Shown here: positions 53,605 through 63,029 of the stretch, in pieces
Layout: each line of letters opens with the position of its first letter
How positions within the stretch are numbered: position 1 is the stretch's first letter
From: a virus
Taxonomy: Duplodnaviria; Caudoviricetes
Reading direction: 5' to 3' (one strand)
Virus record (IMG/VR): IMGVR_UViG_3300032007_000058
Span: 1 to 64,000 of that record
DNA length: 64,000 bases
Made by a program: the position numbers and the translations under genes
The notes under the pieces: generated by a model
Seen by the model: the letters and a program-made list of their open reading frames with translations, nothing else
Database searches by the model: none
What the model was told of the DNA's origin: nothing

Positions 53605-53888
53605 GCAGCTACACGTCCGGGCCGTGGCGGGTCGGCCCCCCGATCTTTGATGGCGATGTCATCTTCGCCCCGCCTCAGACCGAGGGGCGCAGAAACGAGG
53701 TCGTCGCCATGGGGATTTTAAACAAGGCCGACGCCCGATTGATCGCCGCCGCGCCAGATCTGTTGAGGCTTTTGAGGATCGCTTACGACGATCTCCGCGA
53801 GCTCGGGTTTTGTACCGTATTGCCCGAGATCGATGAGATCCTTACGAGGATCGAGGGCAAAGAAGGGAAGGATCTAAATGAGCCTTGA
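53601..53888 (+). CDS. Conserved phage hypothetical protein
   Basis: YTSGPWRV...ADARLIAAAPDLL. Confidence 0.75.
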   Translation: MSSYTSGPWRVGPPIFDGDVIFAPPQTEGRRNEVVAMGILNKADARLIAAAPDLLRLLRIAYDDLRELGFCTVLPEIDEILTRIEGKEGKDLNEP

Positions 53889-54189
53889 GCCAGAGGGCGG
53901 CCCGTGGAACATTTACCCGCTTGAGGACGGGGATGAGCTGCTTGACGCCCATAACGATATCCTCTTGAAGTTTCCTGTAGGTATCGAGCCAAAAACAAAG
54001 CGGGCGATAGTCGCTGTGCCAGAGCTTTTAGATGAGCTGCACGCCCTTTTGGACTATATGCCTTATGTCCCTGCTTACCAGTGTTACAAAGGTCCGGGCG
54101 AGACGTGGGACGATGCCATACGGGCCCATGAGGACGTCGAGCGTGTGCTGGCGTTATTGAGGCGTATCTATGGCGAGGAGAAGGCATGA
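53878..54189 (+). CDS. Hypothetical protein, related to the previous gene
   Basis: GPWNI...AIVAVPELL. Confidence 0.6.
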   Translation: MSLEPEGGPWNIYPLEDGDELLDAHNDILLKFPVGIEPKTKRAIVAVPELLDELHALLDYMPYVPAYQCYKGPGETWDDAIRAHEDVERVLALLRRIYGEEKA

Positions 54190-54264
54190 GCGAGGCCCCC
54201 GCGCCAACGGGGGCCCCGCATGAGACATACCGAAGCATATCACCTATAGAGGAGAGTATAGCAC

Positions 54265-55878
54265 ATGATAAGACTGGAAGGAAGCATCGACTATTACCCG
54301 ACCCCCGCCGCGTTCCTTGAGGATATCACTCGGGGGCTGGACTGGAAGATGGTCGGCTCTGCCTTGGAGCCTTCGGCCGGGAAGGGGGATATCGCGGAGT
54401 TCCTGCTGCGCAAGATGGAGCCGCGATACTGGTATGGGGTCAAGGAGCGGACGGTGGATATCGACTGCATCGAGATCGAGCCGGACCTGCGCTCCATCCT
54501 GATCGGGAAGGGCTTTCGCGTAGTGCATGACGACTTCCTGACGCTCCATACCTACAAGCACTACAGCCTGATCCTGATGAACCCGCCATTCTCCGAGGGG
54601 GCGAAACATCTCCTGAAGGCTATCGAGGTCCAGTCCGTCTCTGGGGGAGATATCATCTGCATCTTGAACGCGGAGACGCTGCGGAACGCATACACGAACG
54701 AGCGTGGATCGCTCCTGAGAAAGCTGGACGCGATGGGGGCGGATATCGAGTATCACGAGGGCGCGTTCTCTCACGCGGAGCGCCCTACGGATGTCGATGT
54801 CGCCGTCGTGAAGGTAACGGTCCCCGCGCCGGTGCGGAGGAGCACGGTCTTCGACACGCTGCGCGAAAAGAAGTACGAGGAGATCCAGCGGGAGATGGAG
54901 GAGCGCGAACTGGCCCCATCAGATATCGTGTCCGCCTATGTCGCCCAGTACGACCGGGAGGTCGAGTGGGGGCTGCGGCTCTGGGACGAGTTTCAGATCA
55001 TGCGGGGCGGGGCGTTGAAGCGGACGACTCCGATCTCGATATGCATCGCGAACGGGTACAACGACAAGGAGGATTTTGGCATCAACGCCTACGTGCAGGC
55101 GGTGCGGCGGAAGTATTGGGATACGCTATTCAAGACGCCGCAGCTTACGGACAAGATGACGTCTAATCTGAGGAGCGAGTATCTGTCGCAGGTAGATACC
55201 TTCGTGGGGTACGACTTCTCCTATTTCAACGTCAAGACAGTCATGGCCGATATCGCTAAGAATCTGACATCGGGCGTGGAGGAGTGCATCCTGCGGCTCT
55301 TCGACCAACTCTCGGCGGACCACGCCTGGGAGCCTGGAACGCAGAACAACGTCCACTATTACGATGGCTGGGCGACCAATAAGAGCTGGTATATCAACAA
55401 GCGGGTGGTCCTGGCATCGATGAGGACGTGGGACGACACCTTCAAGAGATACAGCTTTGATTACGGCGTGCGTGAGAAGCTGGCGGATATCGAGAAGGCG
55501 TTGAACTACCTGGATAGCGGTCGGACGGATGAGATCGACCTGGAGGCGCGGCTCCAAGCGGCCCAGGAGGCCCAGCGGGTCAGGGACGTGGACCTAAAGT
55601 ATTTCAAGGCTACGTTCTATAAGAAGGGGACCTGTCATATCGAATTTAAGGATGAGCGGCTCCTTAAGAAGCTCAACATCTTCGGGAGCCAGCGCAAGGG
55701 TTGGCTCCCCAGCGGCTACGGCAGGCGGCGCTATGCGGATATGTCGAAGGAGGAGCAGCATGTCATCGATTCCTTCGAGGGGGCTGCGGCCTACGAGCGG
55801 ACGGTGAGCGATGCGGGATACTTCCTGTTCAACGCGGCGCGGGCTATCCCGATGCTCCAGGGGGCGACTACGGCATGA
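54265..55878 (+). CDS. DNA amino-methyltransferase with DUF4942-like C-terminal domain
   Basis: DYYPTP, LEPSAGKG (SAM), LMNPPF (catalytic), YKKGTCHIEF. Confidence 0.88.
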   Translation: MIRLEGSIDYYPTPAAFLEDITRGLDWKMVGSALEPSAGKGDIAEFLLRKMEPRYWYGVKERTVDIDCIEIEPDLRSILIGKGFRVVHDDFLTLHTYKHYSLILMNPPFSEGAKHLLKAIEVQSVSGGDIICILNAETLRNAYTNERGSLLRKLDAMGADIEYHEGAFSHAERPTDVDVAVVKVTVPAPVRRSTVFDTLREKKYEEIQREMEERELAPSDIVSAYVAQYDREVEWGLRLWDEFQIMRGGALKRTTPISICIANGYNDKEDFGINAYVQAVRRKYWDTLFKTPQLTDKMTSNLRSEYLSQVDTFVGYDFSYFNVKTVMADIAKNLTSGVEECILRLFDQLSADHAWEPGTQNNVHYYDGWATNKSWYINKRVVLASMRTWDDTFKRYSFDYGVREKLADIEKALNYLDSGRTDEIDLEARLQAAQEAQRVRDVDLKYFKATFYKKGTCHIEFKDERLLKKLNIFGSQRKGWLPSGYGRRRYADMSKEEQHVIDSFEGAAAYERTVSDAGYFLFNAARAIPMLQGATTA

Positions 55879-56060
55879 CGGGCGACGAGAGCGTGGAGCT
55901 AGAGGGGCGCTTTGTGGTCTTGACGAAGGCTCTGTGGCGGGTGCTGGAGGAGACCTCCGAAGCGCAGGTATGTCACCCATCGGCGCTGATGGAGATATTG
56001 CTCTGGCGGGGGATAAGAAGGATGCAAAAGGAGGGACACGATGGCTCTATCGAGGAATAG
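55875..56060 (+). CDS. Small hypothetical protein
   Basis: ATGA overlap with the MTase stop. Confidence 0.5.
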   Translation: MTGDESVELEGRFVVLTKALWRVLEETSEAQVCHPSALMEILLWRGIRRMQKEGHDGSIEE

Positions 56061-56198
56061 GCGGATCCGCGAGTTGATCGTGAAACAGGAGGAGCTTCGC
56101 CAGCGCGCCGCGTGGGCGCAGGGCGAGGAGCGGATAAGGCTCCTAGACGAACTAGAGGAGATCGGTGGGCAGTTGGACGTTATGAAAGGAGGACGCAG

Positions 56199-56831
56199 AT
56201 GATGCGTAATGAGGACTTGCCGGGCGCGCGAGAGTTCCGCTGCCCCGTGGACGGACGCACGAAGAAGACGGATATAGAGGTATCCGCGATGGTCTTATTA
56301 GGGTGCAAGAGGTGTATGTCGTACCAGAGCAAGACCTGCTCCGGCCCGGAGGTCGTGGGGGAGGCGAAGGAGACGAAGCCCATGCCGCCCTTGCCTCCCT
56401 TCATAGAGAAGCTGGAGGAGATGGCGAGGGAGATGCCTACGCCGAAGGGAGAGGATCTCCGGCCTGGTCGCAAGATCAAGGCGAAGCCTGGGTCCAAGCC
56501 CCAAGGGCGTAAGCCGGAGGCCGCCCCGGAGCCCCCCGCCGCCCCCTCGGAGACGACGCCCACGGGGCAGGACGTGCGGGAATGCCGCGCAGCGATCATG
56601 GGGCTCATCGAGGAGGCCTTGAGAATGAAGGATATCCGCACGGTCCGTATCGACGAGATGGTGAGGACCTTACGCGAGGAGCTGTTCGCCGCGAAGGCCG
56701 CCGGGGTAGGTTGGAGGAAGTTAGCCGCCTGTCTGCGCCAGTACGGCTACGCCATCAGCGAGAACTCGCTGAAGCGTGGGCTGGAGCGAGCCAAAGCGAA
56801 GGAGGAGAACGGGGATGGCGGGAAAGCCTAG
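56199..56831 (+). CDS. Hypothetical protein, N-terminal Cys motif
   Basis: RBS AAGGAGG; FRCP...GCKRC...C. Confidence 0.6.
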   Translation: MMRNEDLPGAREFRCPVDGRTKKTDIEVSAMVLLGCKRCMSYQSKTCSGPEVVGEAKETKPMPPLPPFIEKLEEMAREMPTPKGEDLRPGRKIKAKPGSKPQGRKPEAAPEPPAAPSETTPTGQDVRECRAAIMGLIEEALRMKDIRTVRIDEMVRTLREELFAAKAAGVGWRKLAACLRQYGYAISENSLKRGLERAKAKEENGDGGKA

Positions 56832-57144
56832 GCCGTCGGTGTATCCGGAGGTAATAGGGAGTAAGATCCCGCTACAGATGAGGGTGCAGCTATTGCTCCA
56901 TTTGAAGCGGAAGGGGAGGACGCTCAACGATGTCGCGCGGGATGCGTTGGATGCGTACCTAAAAAGCGAGATCGAGGAGGCAAAGTGGAGAGACCCAAAT
57001 ACGGAGAATATCAAGGTCAGGATCACGGCGGATATGAGATCCGACGTTATACACGCGGCAGCGAAGGCGGCTATCAGCGAGGCAGAGCTGCTCCGTCGTG
57101 CGATCGGGGCGTACCTGGAGACGACAGAATGGGTTGCCCGGTAA
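56815..57144 (+). CDS. Tandem RHH regulator
   Basis: TLNDVARDALDAYL and ISEAELLRRAIGAYL. Confidence 0.7.
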   Translation: MAGKPRPSVYPEVIGSKIPLQMRVQLLLHLKRKGRTLNDVARDALDAYLKSEIEEAKWRDPNTENIKVRITADMRSDVIHAAAKAAISEAELLRRAIGAYLETTEWVAR

Positions 57145-57222
57145 GGAAAAGGATAATAAAAGTCAAACATTTTAAACACTGATAGGTCTATAGCATTGGG
57201 TAGTATGTAGGAGGCGTGAAAG

Positions 57223-58353
57223 ATGGCATGGATCGAAGCCCATCAGGGGCTTGCGCAACACCCAAAGACGAAACGCATGGCCCGGATGCTGGGCATCTCG
57301 ACAGCCGAGGCTATCGGGCATCTGTTCATGCTCTGGTGGTGGGGCATGGACTACGCTCAGGATGGGGATCTGTCGAAGTACGATGAACTTGACATCGCTG
57401 ACGCCGCGCAATGGACCGGTGACGCAAAGGCATTTATCGACGCCTTGAAAAATTGCGGACCTGGGGATTCTTCGGGCTTCATCGACGAGCACGACGGGAG
57501 GGTATCCCTTCACGATTGGGACGCATACGCGGGACGCCTCTTTAACATCCGCGAGCAGAATCGGGAGAGGCAGGCGAGGCATAAAGAGCAAAAAAAGATC
57601 GAGGCCGCGCGTGAGCAACGGGATAGTGACGCGGATATAACAGACGGGTCACGCGTTAGTAACGCGTCGGTAACGCGTGAGCAACGGGACGATAACGCAC
57701 AGGTAACGCGTTATAAAAGCGTTAGTAACGCGCCGGTAACGCGTATACATAACATAACCAACATAACAGAACAGAACAAGACAGAACAAGACCTACAAGA
57801 CCTACCCCCCCCTACCCCCCCCGCCGGGGGGAGCCCCCCCGAGGGGGACTCGCAGGCGTCATCGGGAGGCCCCGAAAGCCCCCCTAGCTCCGTAGGGGGC
57901 GAGGCAGGGAACGGGCAGGGCTGCACGCTCTCGCAGGTGATCCGGCTCTGGAACGAGGAGCTAGGGCCTCTCGGGTTCCCGAAGGTCGCGAAGGGGACGC
58001 CCGCGCGGGACAGGTGCTTCAGCGCGCGCGTCGGGGAACAGGCAGAGCGGAGAGACCTGGAGTGGTGGCGGGAGCGTATCGCCCAGCTCGCCGCGTCGGA
58101 CTTCATGCGCTCATCGGCCAGAGATAAGGCCAACTGGCTCAACTTCGACTGGCTGCTGAACGAGAGCAACCTCGTGAAGGTCGTCGAAGGGCGCTACGCG
58201 AACGGTAAGAGCCTGCCCGCTAGGAGCGGGGGGGCAAGGTCTTCGCCGCCAAGCGCCCGGGATGCCCCGATGACCTACGAGGAGGCCGTCGCAAAGTTCC
58301 GAGGTAGCAGTACCGCTGTGGACGTGGAATATATCGACGTCGAGGAGGGATGA
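57223..58353 (+). CDS. Phage replication initiator (replisome organiser)
   Basis: MAWIEAHQGLAQHPKT, AIGHL..LWWW, LHDWD.Y, NFDWLL. Confidence 0.88.
   Translation: MAWIEAHQGLAQHPKTKRMARMLGISTAEAIGHLFMLWWWGMDYAQDGDLSKYDELDIADAAQWTGDAKAFIDALKNCGPGDSSGFIDEHDGRVSLHDWDAYAGRLFNIREQNRERQARHKEQKKIEAAREQRDSDADITDGSRVSNASVTREQRDDNAQVTRYKSVSNAPVTRIHNITNITEQNKTEQDLQDLPPPTPPAGGSPPEGDSQASSGGPESPPSSVGGEAGNGQGCTLSQVIRLWNEELGPLGFPKVAKGTPARDRCFSARVGEQAERRDLEWWRERIAQLAASDFMRSSARDKANWLNFDWLLNESNLVKVVEGRYANGKSLPARSGGARSSPPSARDAPMTYEEAVAKFRGSSTAVDVEYIDVEEG
57652..57806 (+). repeat. Iteron-like repeats inside the initiator gene: probable ori
   Basis: GTAACGCG at 57659, 57670, 57703, 57725, 57736, then an A-rich AACAG/ACAAGAC run. 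Confidence 0.75.
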
Positions 58354-59006
58354 CCATGCGGAAGGACGAATTCAACGCATTTCGAGAGCTCATGTCCCGA
58401 GCGGCGGATATCACCGTCATGCCCAACGGGAAGGACCTGGAGCGCGTCACGCTGGCGCTGTTCGAGGGGCTGGAATCGTATCCGTTCGTGGACGTGGCCG
58501 AGGCCGTGGCGGCCTATTGCCGGTCTGAGCGATTCTTCCCGATGCTGGCGGATATCGTGGAGCGCATCGAGGGCAAGGGCAGTGACAAGGGGCTCCTAGC
58601 TTGGAGCATGGTCCTGAAGGCCGTGGCCCGCTATGGGCACTGGGAGTCCGTGCGCTTCCCGGACCCGACGATCCACTGGGCCGTGGCGCACATGGGGGGA
58701 TGGCGGCACTTATCGCCCCGCATCACGGACGATAACGAGCGTTTCCTGGCGCAGGACTTCGCTCGCTGGTACGCCATAGGCGAGCGGGCGATATCGGCGG
58801 GCGAGGAGCCCCCAGCCTACCTCGTGGGCGAACACGAGGCGGACAACAGGGCACGGGGCTACGCCATGCGTGGGATCCGTGACGTGGAGACAGGGCGTAT
58901 CCTGCCAAGCGGGGAGGCTCCAGCTCTGGGGGCGTCCACGGCGCAAGCCAAGCCATTGATCCAGCTCGTAGCTGGCGGGATGGACGCCCGAGAGGCCGTG
59001 CGATGA
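58350..59006 (+). CDS. Replication accessory protein (DUF6475-like)
   Basis: ERFFPMLADI, AWSMV, SVRFPDP.IH.AV..MGGW. Confidence 0.7.
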   Translation: MTMRKDEFNAFRELMSRAADITVMPNGKDLERVTLALFEGLESYPFVDVAEAVAAYCRSERFFPMLADIVERIEGKGSDKGLLAWSMVLKAVARYGHWESVRFPDPTIHWAVAHMGGWRHLSPRITDDNERFLAQDFARWYAIGERAISAGEEPPAYLVGEHEADNRARGYAMRGIRDVETGRILPSGEAPALGASTAQAKPLIQLVAGGMDAREAVR

Positions 59007-59380
59007 AGACGCTATTGAGCGTCACTCTGGCCGGGCTGCCCCCGACGGTCAATCACCTGTACCGGACATCGCCTCGGGGCTTCCGGTACAAGACCAAGGC
59101 TGGGAAGGTCTGGCAGGAGGACACGGCCCTGATACTCCGGACGGCGTGGGGGGGCAAGCCGCCGCTGGGCAAGGAGGACGGCATCTTCGTGCAGGTCTTG
59201 TTCATGATGGGCAACGAGCGGGCCTGGGATATGGACAACCGGATCAAGGCCCTACAGGACTGCCTCCAGATGGCGGGCATCGTCCGTGACGACCGGGAGA
59301 TAGACCACCTCTGGGTCGACCGGGAGAGGGGACTGGCGACCGACGCCACCAAGGTCTCTGTGGGGACGGTGGCTGGCTGA
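59003..59380 (+). CDS. rusA: RusA-family Holliday junction resolvase
   Basis: LPPTVNHLY, DMDNRIKALQDCL...GIVRDD. Confidence 0.92.
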   Translation: MKTLLSVTLAGLPPTVNHLYRTSPRGFRYKTKAGKVWQEDTALILRTAWGGKPPLGKEDGIFVQVLFMMGNERAWDMDNRIKALQDCLQMAGIVRDDREIDHLWVDRERGLATDATKVSVGTVAG

Positions 59381-59904
59381 TGGGGGGCGAAGGTATGTCC
59401 GAGCATGACCTGGTTCTGGCCGAAGATACGCGGGCGTCCTCTACGCCCATCAAGGACCGTCCCTACTGGCCCTTCCGCTTCGCGGAGCGGTGTCTGTACG
59501 AGTTCCACGAGAATGCCGCCAGGCTGGATATCCTGCGTGAGGACCTAAAGGTCCTGGATTCGACGACCTCCGCAGCGGTCCCGAAATATGACCCGCTCTC
59601 GATACACGGCGGGGGACCGTCGGATAACGTCTCGGCCCGGCTGGAGCGCATCGAGAAGCTGGAGGAGGATATCAAGCGGCTGGATCGGCGCGTCAGCCCC
59701 ATCCAGAGGCTCATCGATGACCTGGGGGCTCCCTACGTCCTGGACGATTCCCCGAAGGCCGAGATGTTCAAGATCTTGGAGCTATATTACTTCGGCAATA
59801 ACGTCTGGACCACCGTAGCCAGGGAGCTCCACATGGCGAAGCGCACGTTCTTCCGGAAGCGCGAGGATCTGGTCCGGTTAGCCATCCGCTACATGGGGCT
59901 CTGA
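59380..59904 (+). CDS. ArpU/RinA-like late transcription activator
   Basis: Last gene before the packaging module; C-terminal ILELYYF...VARELHMAKRTFFRKR HTH. Confidence 0.75.
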   Translation: MGGEGMSEHDLVLAEDTRASSTPIKDRPYWPFRFAERCLYEFHENAARLDILREDLKVLDSTTSAAVPKYDPLSIHGGGPSDNVSARLERIEKLEEDIKRLDRRVSPIQRLIDDLGAPYVLDDSPKAEMFKILELYYFGNNVWTTVARELHMAKRTFFRKREDLVRLAIRYMGL

Positions 59905-59910
59905 TCCATG

Positions 59911-59950
59911 TGGCACTAATTTGGCACTGGCGTGGCACTGGCGTGGCACT
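59911..59950 (+). promoter_or_regulatory. Four TGGCACT direct repeats at 11-bp spacing before the late promoter
   Basis: Starts at 59911, 59922, 59933, 59944; TG-N-TATCAT extended -10 at ~59967-59975. Confidence 0.75.
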
Positions 59951-60080
59951 GATATCCGTTTTCCTGTGGTATCATCATAGCGTCGAATAGCGCGAGAAAG
60001 ACATCTCTCATGATCTCCTCGATGGGGGCGTCCTGTATACGGACGCCCTTTATCTTTATGCGCGGAAAGGGAAAGACATC

Positions 60081-60698
60081 ATGCCGAACGACAATATCAG
60101 CATCGCAGGGACGGTCAAGGTCCTGCCCGTAAAGGACCTGAAGGGGTACGAGAAGAATCCCCGCAAGAACGATAACGCGGTGGAGGCCGTAGCGAACAGC
60201 ATCAGGGAGTTCGGTTTCAAGGTCCCTGTCATCGTCGACAAGGACAACGTGATCGTCGCCGGACATACGCGCATAAAGGCCGCCAAGCAGCTTGGCCTGA
60301 CGGAGGTCCCCGTCATCGTCGCCGATGACCTGACGCCGGAACAAGTCAAGGCCTTCCGCCTAGCCGATAACAAGGTCGCCGGGCTCGCGGGCTGGGATTG
60401 GGACATGCTCGCAGCCGAGATGGACGCTATCACCGATATCGACATGGGGCTCTTCTCGTTCGACGCCATCCCCACGAGCGAGGAGATCGAGTCCTTCTTC
60501 GAGCCTATCCCCTCCTCGCAGGACGGGGAAGGGACGCCTGCCCCCAACACAGCGCCAGGGGAGCCGGACGCTCCAAGGGGAGAGGCCCCGGCGCGTCAGG
60601 TCGAACGGGTCTCGTCCGTGGATAGCGGGGAAGCGTCGTATCTCAGGATCACTTGCCCGCACTGCGGGGAGACGATCGTGCTGAACGACGGCGCATGA
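60081..60698 (+). CDS. ParB/Srx N-terminal domain protein
   Basis: YEKNPRKND, SIREFGF, IVAGHTR, AFRLADNK; C-terminal CPHCG. Confidence 0.92.
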   Translation: MPNDNISIAGTVKVLPVKDLKGYEKNPRKNDNAVEAVANSIREFGFKVPVIVDKDNVIVAGHTRIKAAKQLGLTEVPVIVADDLTPEQVKAFRLADNKVAGLAGWDWDMLAAEMDAITDIDMGLFSFDAIPTSEEIESFFEPIPSSQDGEGTPAPNTAPGEPDAPRGEAPARQVERVSSVDSGEASYLRITCPHCGETIVLNDGA

Positions 60699-61546
60699 AG
60701 ATCTATCTCGTTGGCGGGCATGGCAACATCGAGCGTATCGAGCCCCCGGTCTCGCCACAGGACCTAAAACGCCTCAACTGCCTTGTGAGCATGATCGCCT
60801 TCAGGCGCTTCAGGTACGCCCCGCATGAGTTCAAGAGCTTCATGCTCGATAGCGGGGCTTTCTCGTTCCTGCGTGGCGCCTCGGATGCGCCGGACTGGGA
60901 CAAGTACCTCGACCGATACATCGCCTGCATCAACGAGAACGCTATCGACCTGTTCTTCGAGCTGGATATCGACCCCCTCGTCGGGTACGAGAAAGTCAAG
61001 GAGTTTAGGGCACGCCTGGTGCGAGAGACGGGTAAATTTCCCATCCCCGTATGGCATAAGTCCAGGGGGAGGGACGAATGGCTCCGCATGTGCAGCGAGT
61101 ATCCCTACGTCGCCATCGGGGGCTTCGCCATAAAGGTCTTCAAGCCGTCGGAATTCCGCTTCATCCCCTACCTCCTCGACGAGGCGCATAAGCGCGGGGC
61201 GAAGGTCCATGGGCTCGGGTTCACTTGGCTGCGGCTGCTCGACAAGTACCCCTTCGATAGCGTCGACTCCAACAGTTGGACGGCTGGGAGCATGTACGGG
61301 AATATCTACAAGTTCCACAACGGGCAGATGAAGCTCTTGGGGCGCTCTAATCGGGACGGCAGGGGCAGAGGTAAGGGGCACGAGCTGCACCGCAATAATT
61401 TCTACGAGTGGCTGAGATACGCCGAGTACATGGAGGCAAAATACAGCGATGAGAAAGATCGTCCACAGGGTCGAGGACGGTATGGACAGGCAGGATATCC
61501 TCTGCACGACGTACCAGATGCGCAATTTCTACACGCAGTTCCATGA
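60695..61546 (+). CDS. TGT-like (DpdA-like) base-exchange transglycosylase
   Basis: MLDSGAFS, FELD, PIPVWH, VHGLG, PFDSVDSNSW; similar to TGT-barrel motifs; overlaps the next gene by 98 nt. Confidence 0.65.
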   Translation: MKIYLVGGHGNIERIEPPVSPQDLKRLNCLVSMIAFRRFRYAPHEFKSFMLDSGAFSFLRGASDAPDWDKYLDRYIACINENAIDLFFELDIDPLVGYEKVKEFRARLVRETGKFPIPVWHKSRGRDEWLRMCSEYPYVAIGGFAIKVFKPSEFRFIPYLLDEAHKRGAKVHGLGFTWLRLLDKYPFDSVDSNSWTAGSMYGNIYKFHNGQMKLLGRSNRDGRGRGKGHELHRNNFYEWLRYAEYMEAKYSDEKDRPQGRGRYGQAGYPLHDVPDAQFLHAVP

Positions 61547-62267
61547 CGGCTTCTTCAGCAACCTCGACGTCATGAACTACATCCAGCACTACCGGGCGGC
61601 GCAGATGGCGAAGAAGGGCGATAACGTCGTGGACGTCTGCTGTGGGCGCTCGCTGATGCTCCCGCTCCTCCGCTACCACGCGAAGGACATCGCCAGCTAT
61701 ACGGGCGTCGATATCTCGAAGGCGAATATCGGCGAGGCGATGCGGGGCTGTGTCAAGAAGGACCTGAAGCCCCAGGACCTCGCATCCTACTACCCCTTCA
61801 AGGTCGCCTGGAAGCTAGGGAACGTTGCGGAGATGAGCAAGGTCATCCCTGAAGGGTCCGCCGACCTCGTGATCTATACATCGGCGATCGAGCATATGCA
61901 CCCGGATGACGGGCGCAAGAGCCTGGAGGAATGCGCGAAGATCATGAAGCCTGGGGCGACGATGATCCTGTCCTGTCCCAATACCCCTGGCAATGGCTAC
62001 GACGCGCAATATCGAGCCCACGTCTACGAGTGGGGATACGACGAGCTCAAGGTGGCGCTTGAGGAGATCGGGCTCAGGGTAGAGCAGGAGGTCGGCCTCG
62101 TGCTTGGAGCTAAGGAGATGGACGAGCTCTATGCCGCCCAGCCCGAGGACGTGAGGCAGTTCTACGCGAGGATGAAGGGATACCTGCCCATGCCCTGGCT
62201 GTCGGTAGTGATGGCGGTCCCATTCCCCAAAGCGTCCAAGGAGCTCTTATTCATCGTGAGGAGGTAA
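61449..62267 (+). CDS. Class I SAM-dependent methyltransferase
   Basis: VVDVCCG, YTGVDIS, SAIEHM, LKPG-like MKPG, HVYEW. Confidence 0.85.
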   Translation: MRKIVHRVEDGMDRQDILCTTYQMRNFYTQFHDGFFSNLDVMNYIQHYRAAQMAKKGDNVVDVCCGRSLMLPLLRYHAKDIASYTGVDISKANIGEAMRGCVKKDLKPQDLASYYPFKVAWKLGNVAEMSKVIPEGSADLVIYTSAIEHMHPDDGRKSLEECAKIMKPGATMILSCPNTPGNGYDAQYRAHVYEWGYDELKVALEEIGLRVEQEVGLVLGAKEMDELYAAQPEDVRQFYARMKGYLPMPWLSVVMAVPFPKASKELLFIVRR

Positions 62268-62292
62268 CGCGCCCCTGGTGGGCAAAGGAAAC

Positions 62293-62964
62293 ATGAGCAA
62301 GACAGATAACAACTTAGCGATATTGACGGTCCTGTTCGTCGTGAGCCTCGTCATCTCGAACGTGGTCACGGCGAAGCTGTTTTATACCGGTGTCCCCCTG
62401 TGGGGGGAGGTGGTGGTCCTGCCAGGGGCCGTCGTCTGCTACGCGCTGACGTTCCTGTGCACTGATATCATTGGCGAGATCTGGGGCAAGGCAGCGGCGA
62501 GCCGTGCGGTAGTCTACGGCTTCATCGGCCAGGTAGCGGCGTCCCTGATGATCCTGTTCACCCAGATGCTCCCCACCGTCAGCCCAGAGCTCCAGGCGGC
62601 CTATGACACCCTCCTGGGGCAGAACCACATCTTCGTCTTCGGCTCGCTGGTCGCCTACTTCGCGTCGCAGCTCTGGGACGTGTATATCTTCCACGCCATA
62701 CGCGAACGGTGGCTGTCGAGGCGTGGGACCACATCGGCGCGGTGGATCTGGAACAACGTAAGCACGATGACCAGCCAGCTCATCGACACGGTCCTCTTCG
62801 CGGGCATCTCGTTCGGCATCGGCTTCGGCTGGCTGTTCGATCCGCATATGCGAGGGGCGCTCCTCTCGATGATGGCCGGGCAGTACGTCTTTAAATTCCT
62901 GCTGGCGGCGCTGGATACGCCGTTCTTCATGTTCTTCACCAGGGGCACAGAGGCGCTATCGTAG
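62293..62964 (+). CDS. yhhQ: VUT/YhhQ-family queuosine-precursor transporter
   Basis: SNVVTAK, YALTFLCTDIIGEIWG, GSLVAYFASQ.WD, RN-like NN.STM.SQLIDT, LAALDTPF. Confidence 0.93.
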   Translation: MSKTDNNLAILTVLFVVSLVISNVVTAKLFYTGVPLWGEVVVLPGAVVCYALTFLCTDIIGEIWGKAAASRAVVYGFIGQVAASLMILFTQMLPTVSPELQAAYDTLLGQNHIFVFGSLVAYFASQLWDVYIFHAIRERWLSRRGTTSARWIWNNVSTMTSQLIDTVLFAGISFGIGFGWLFDPHMRGALLSMMAGQYVFKFLLAALDTPFFMFFTRGTEALS

Positions 62965-63029
62965 CGTGCCCAGGGCAGTACTAGGGGGGCCGGTAGGTAG
63001 AGCTTGAGTGGGGAGCGAGGTGAGAGGAT

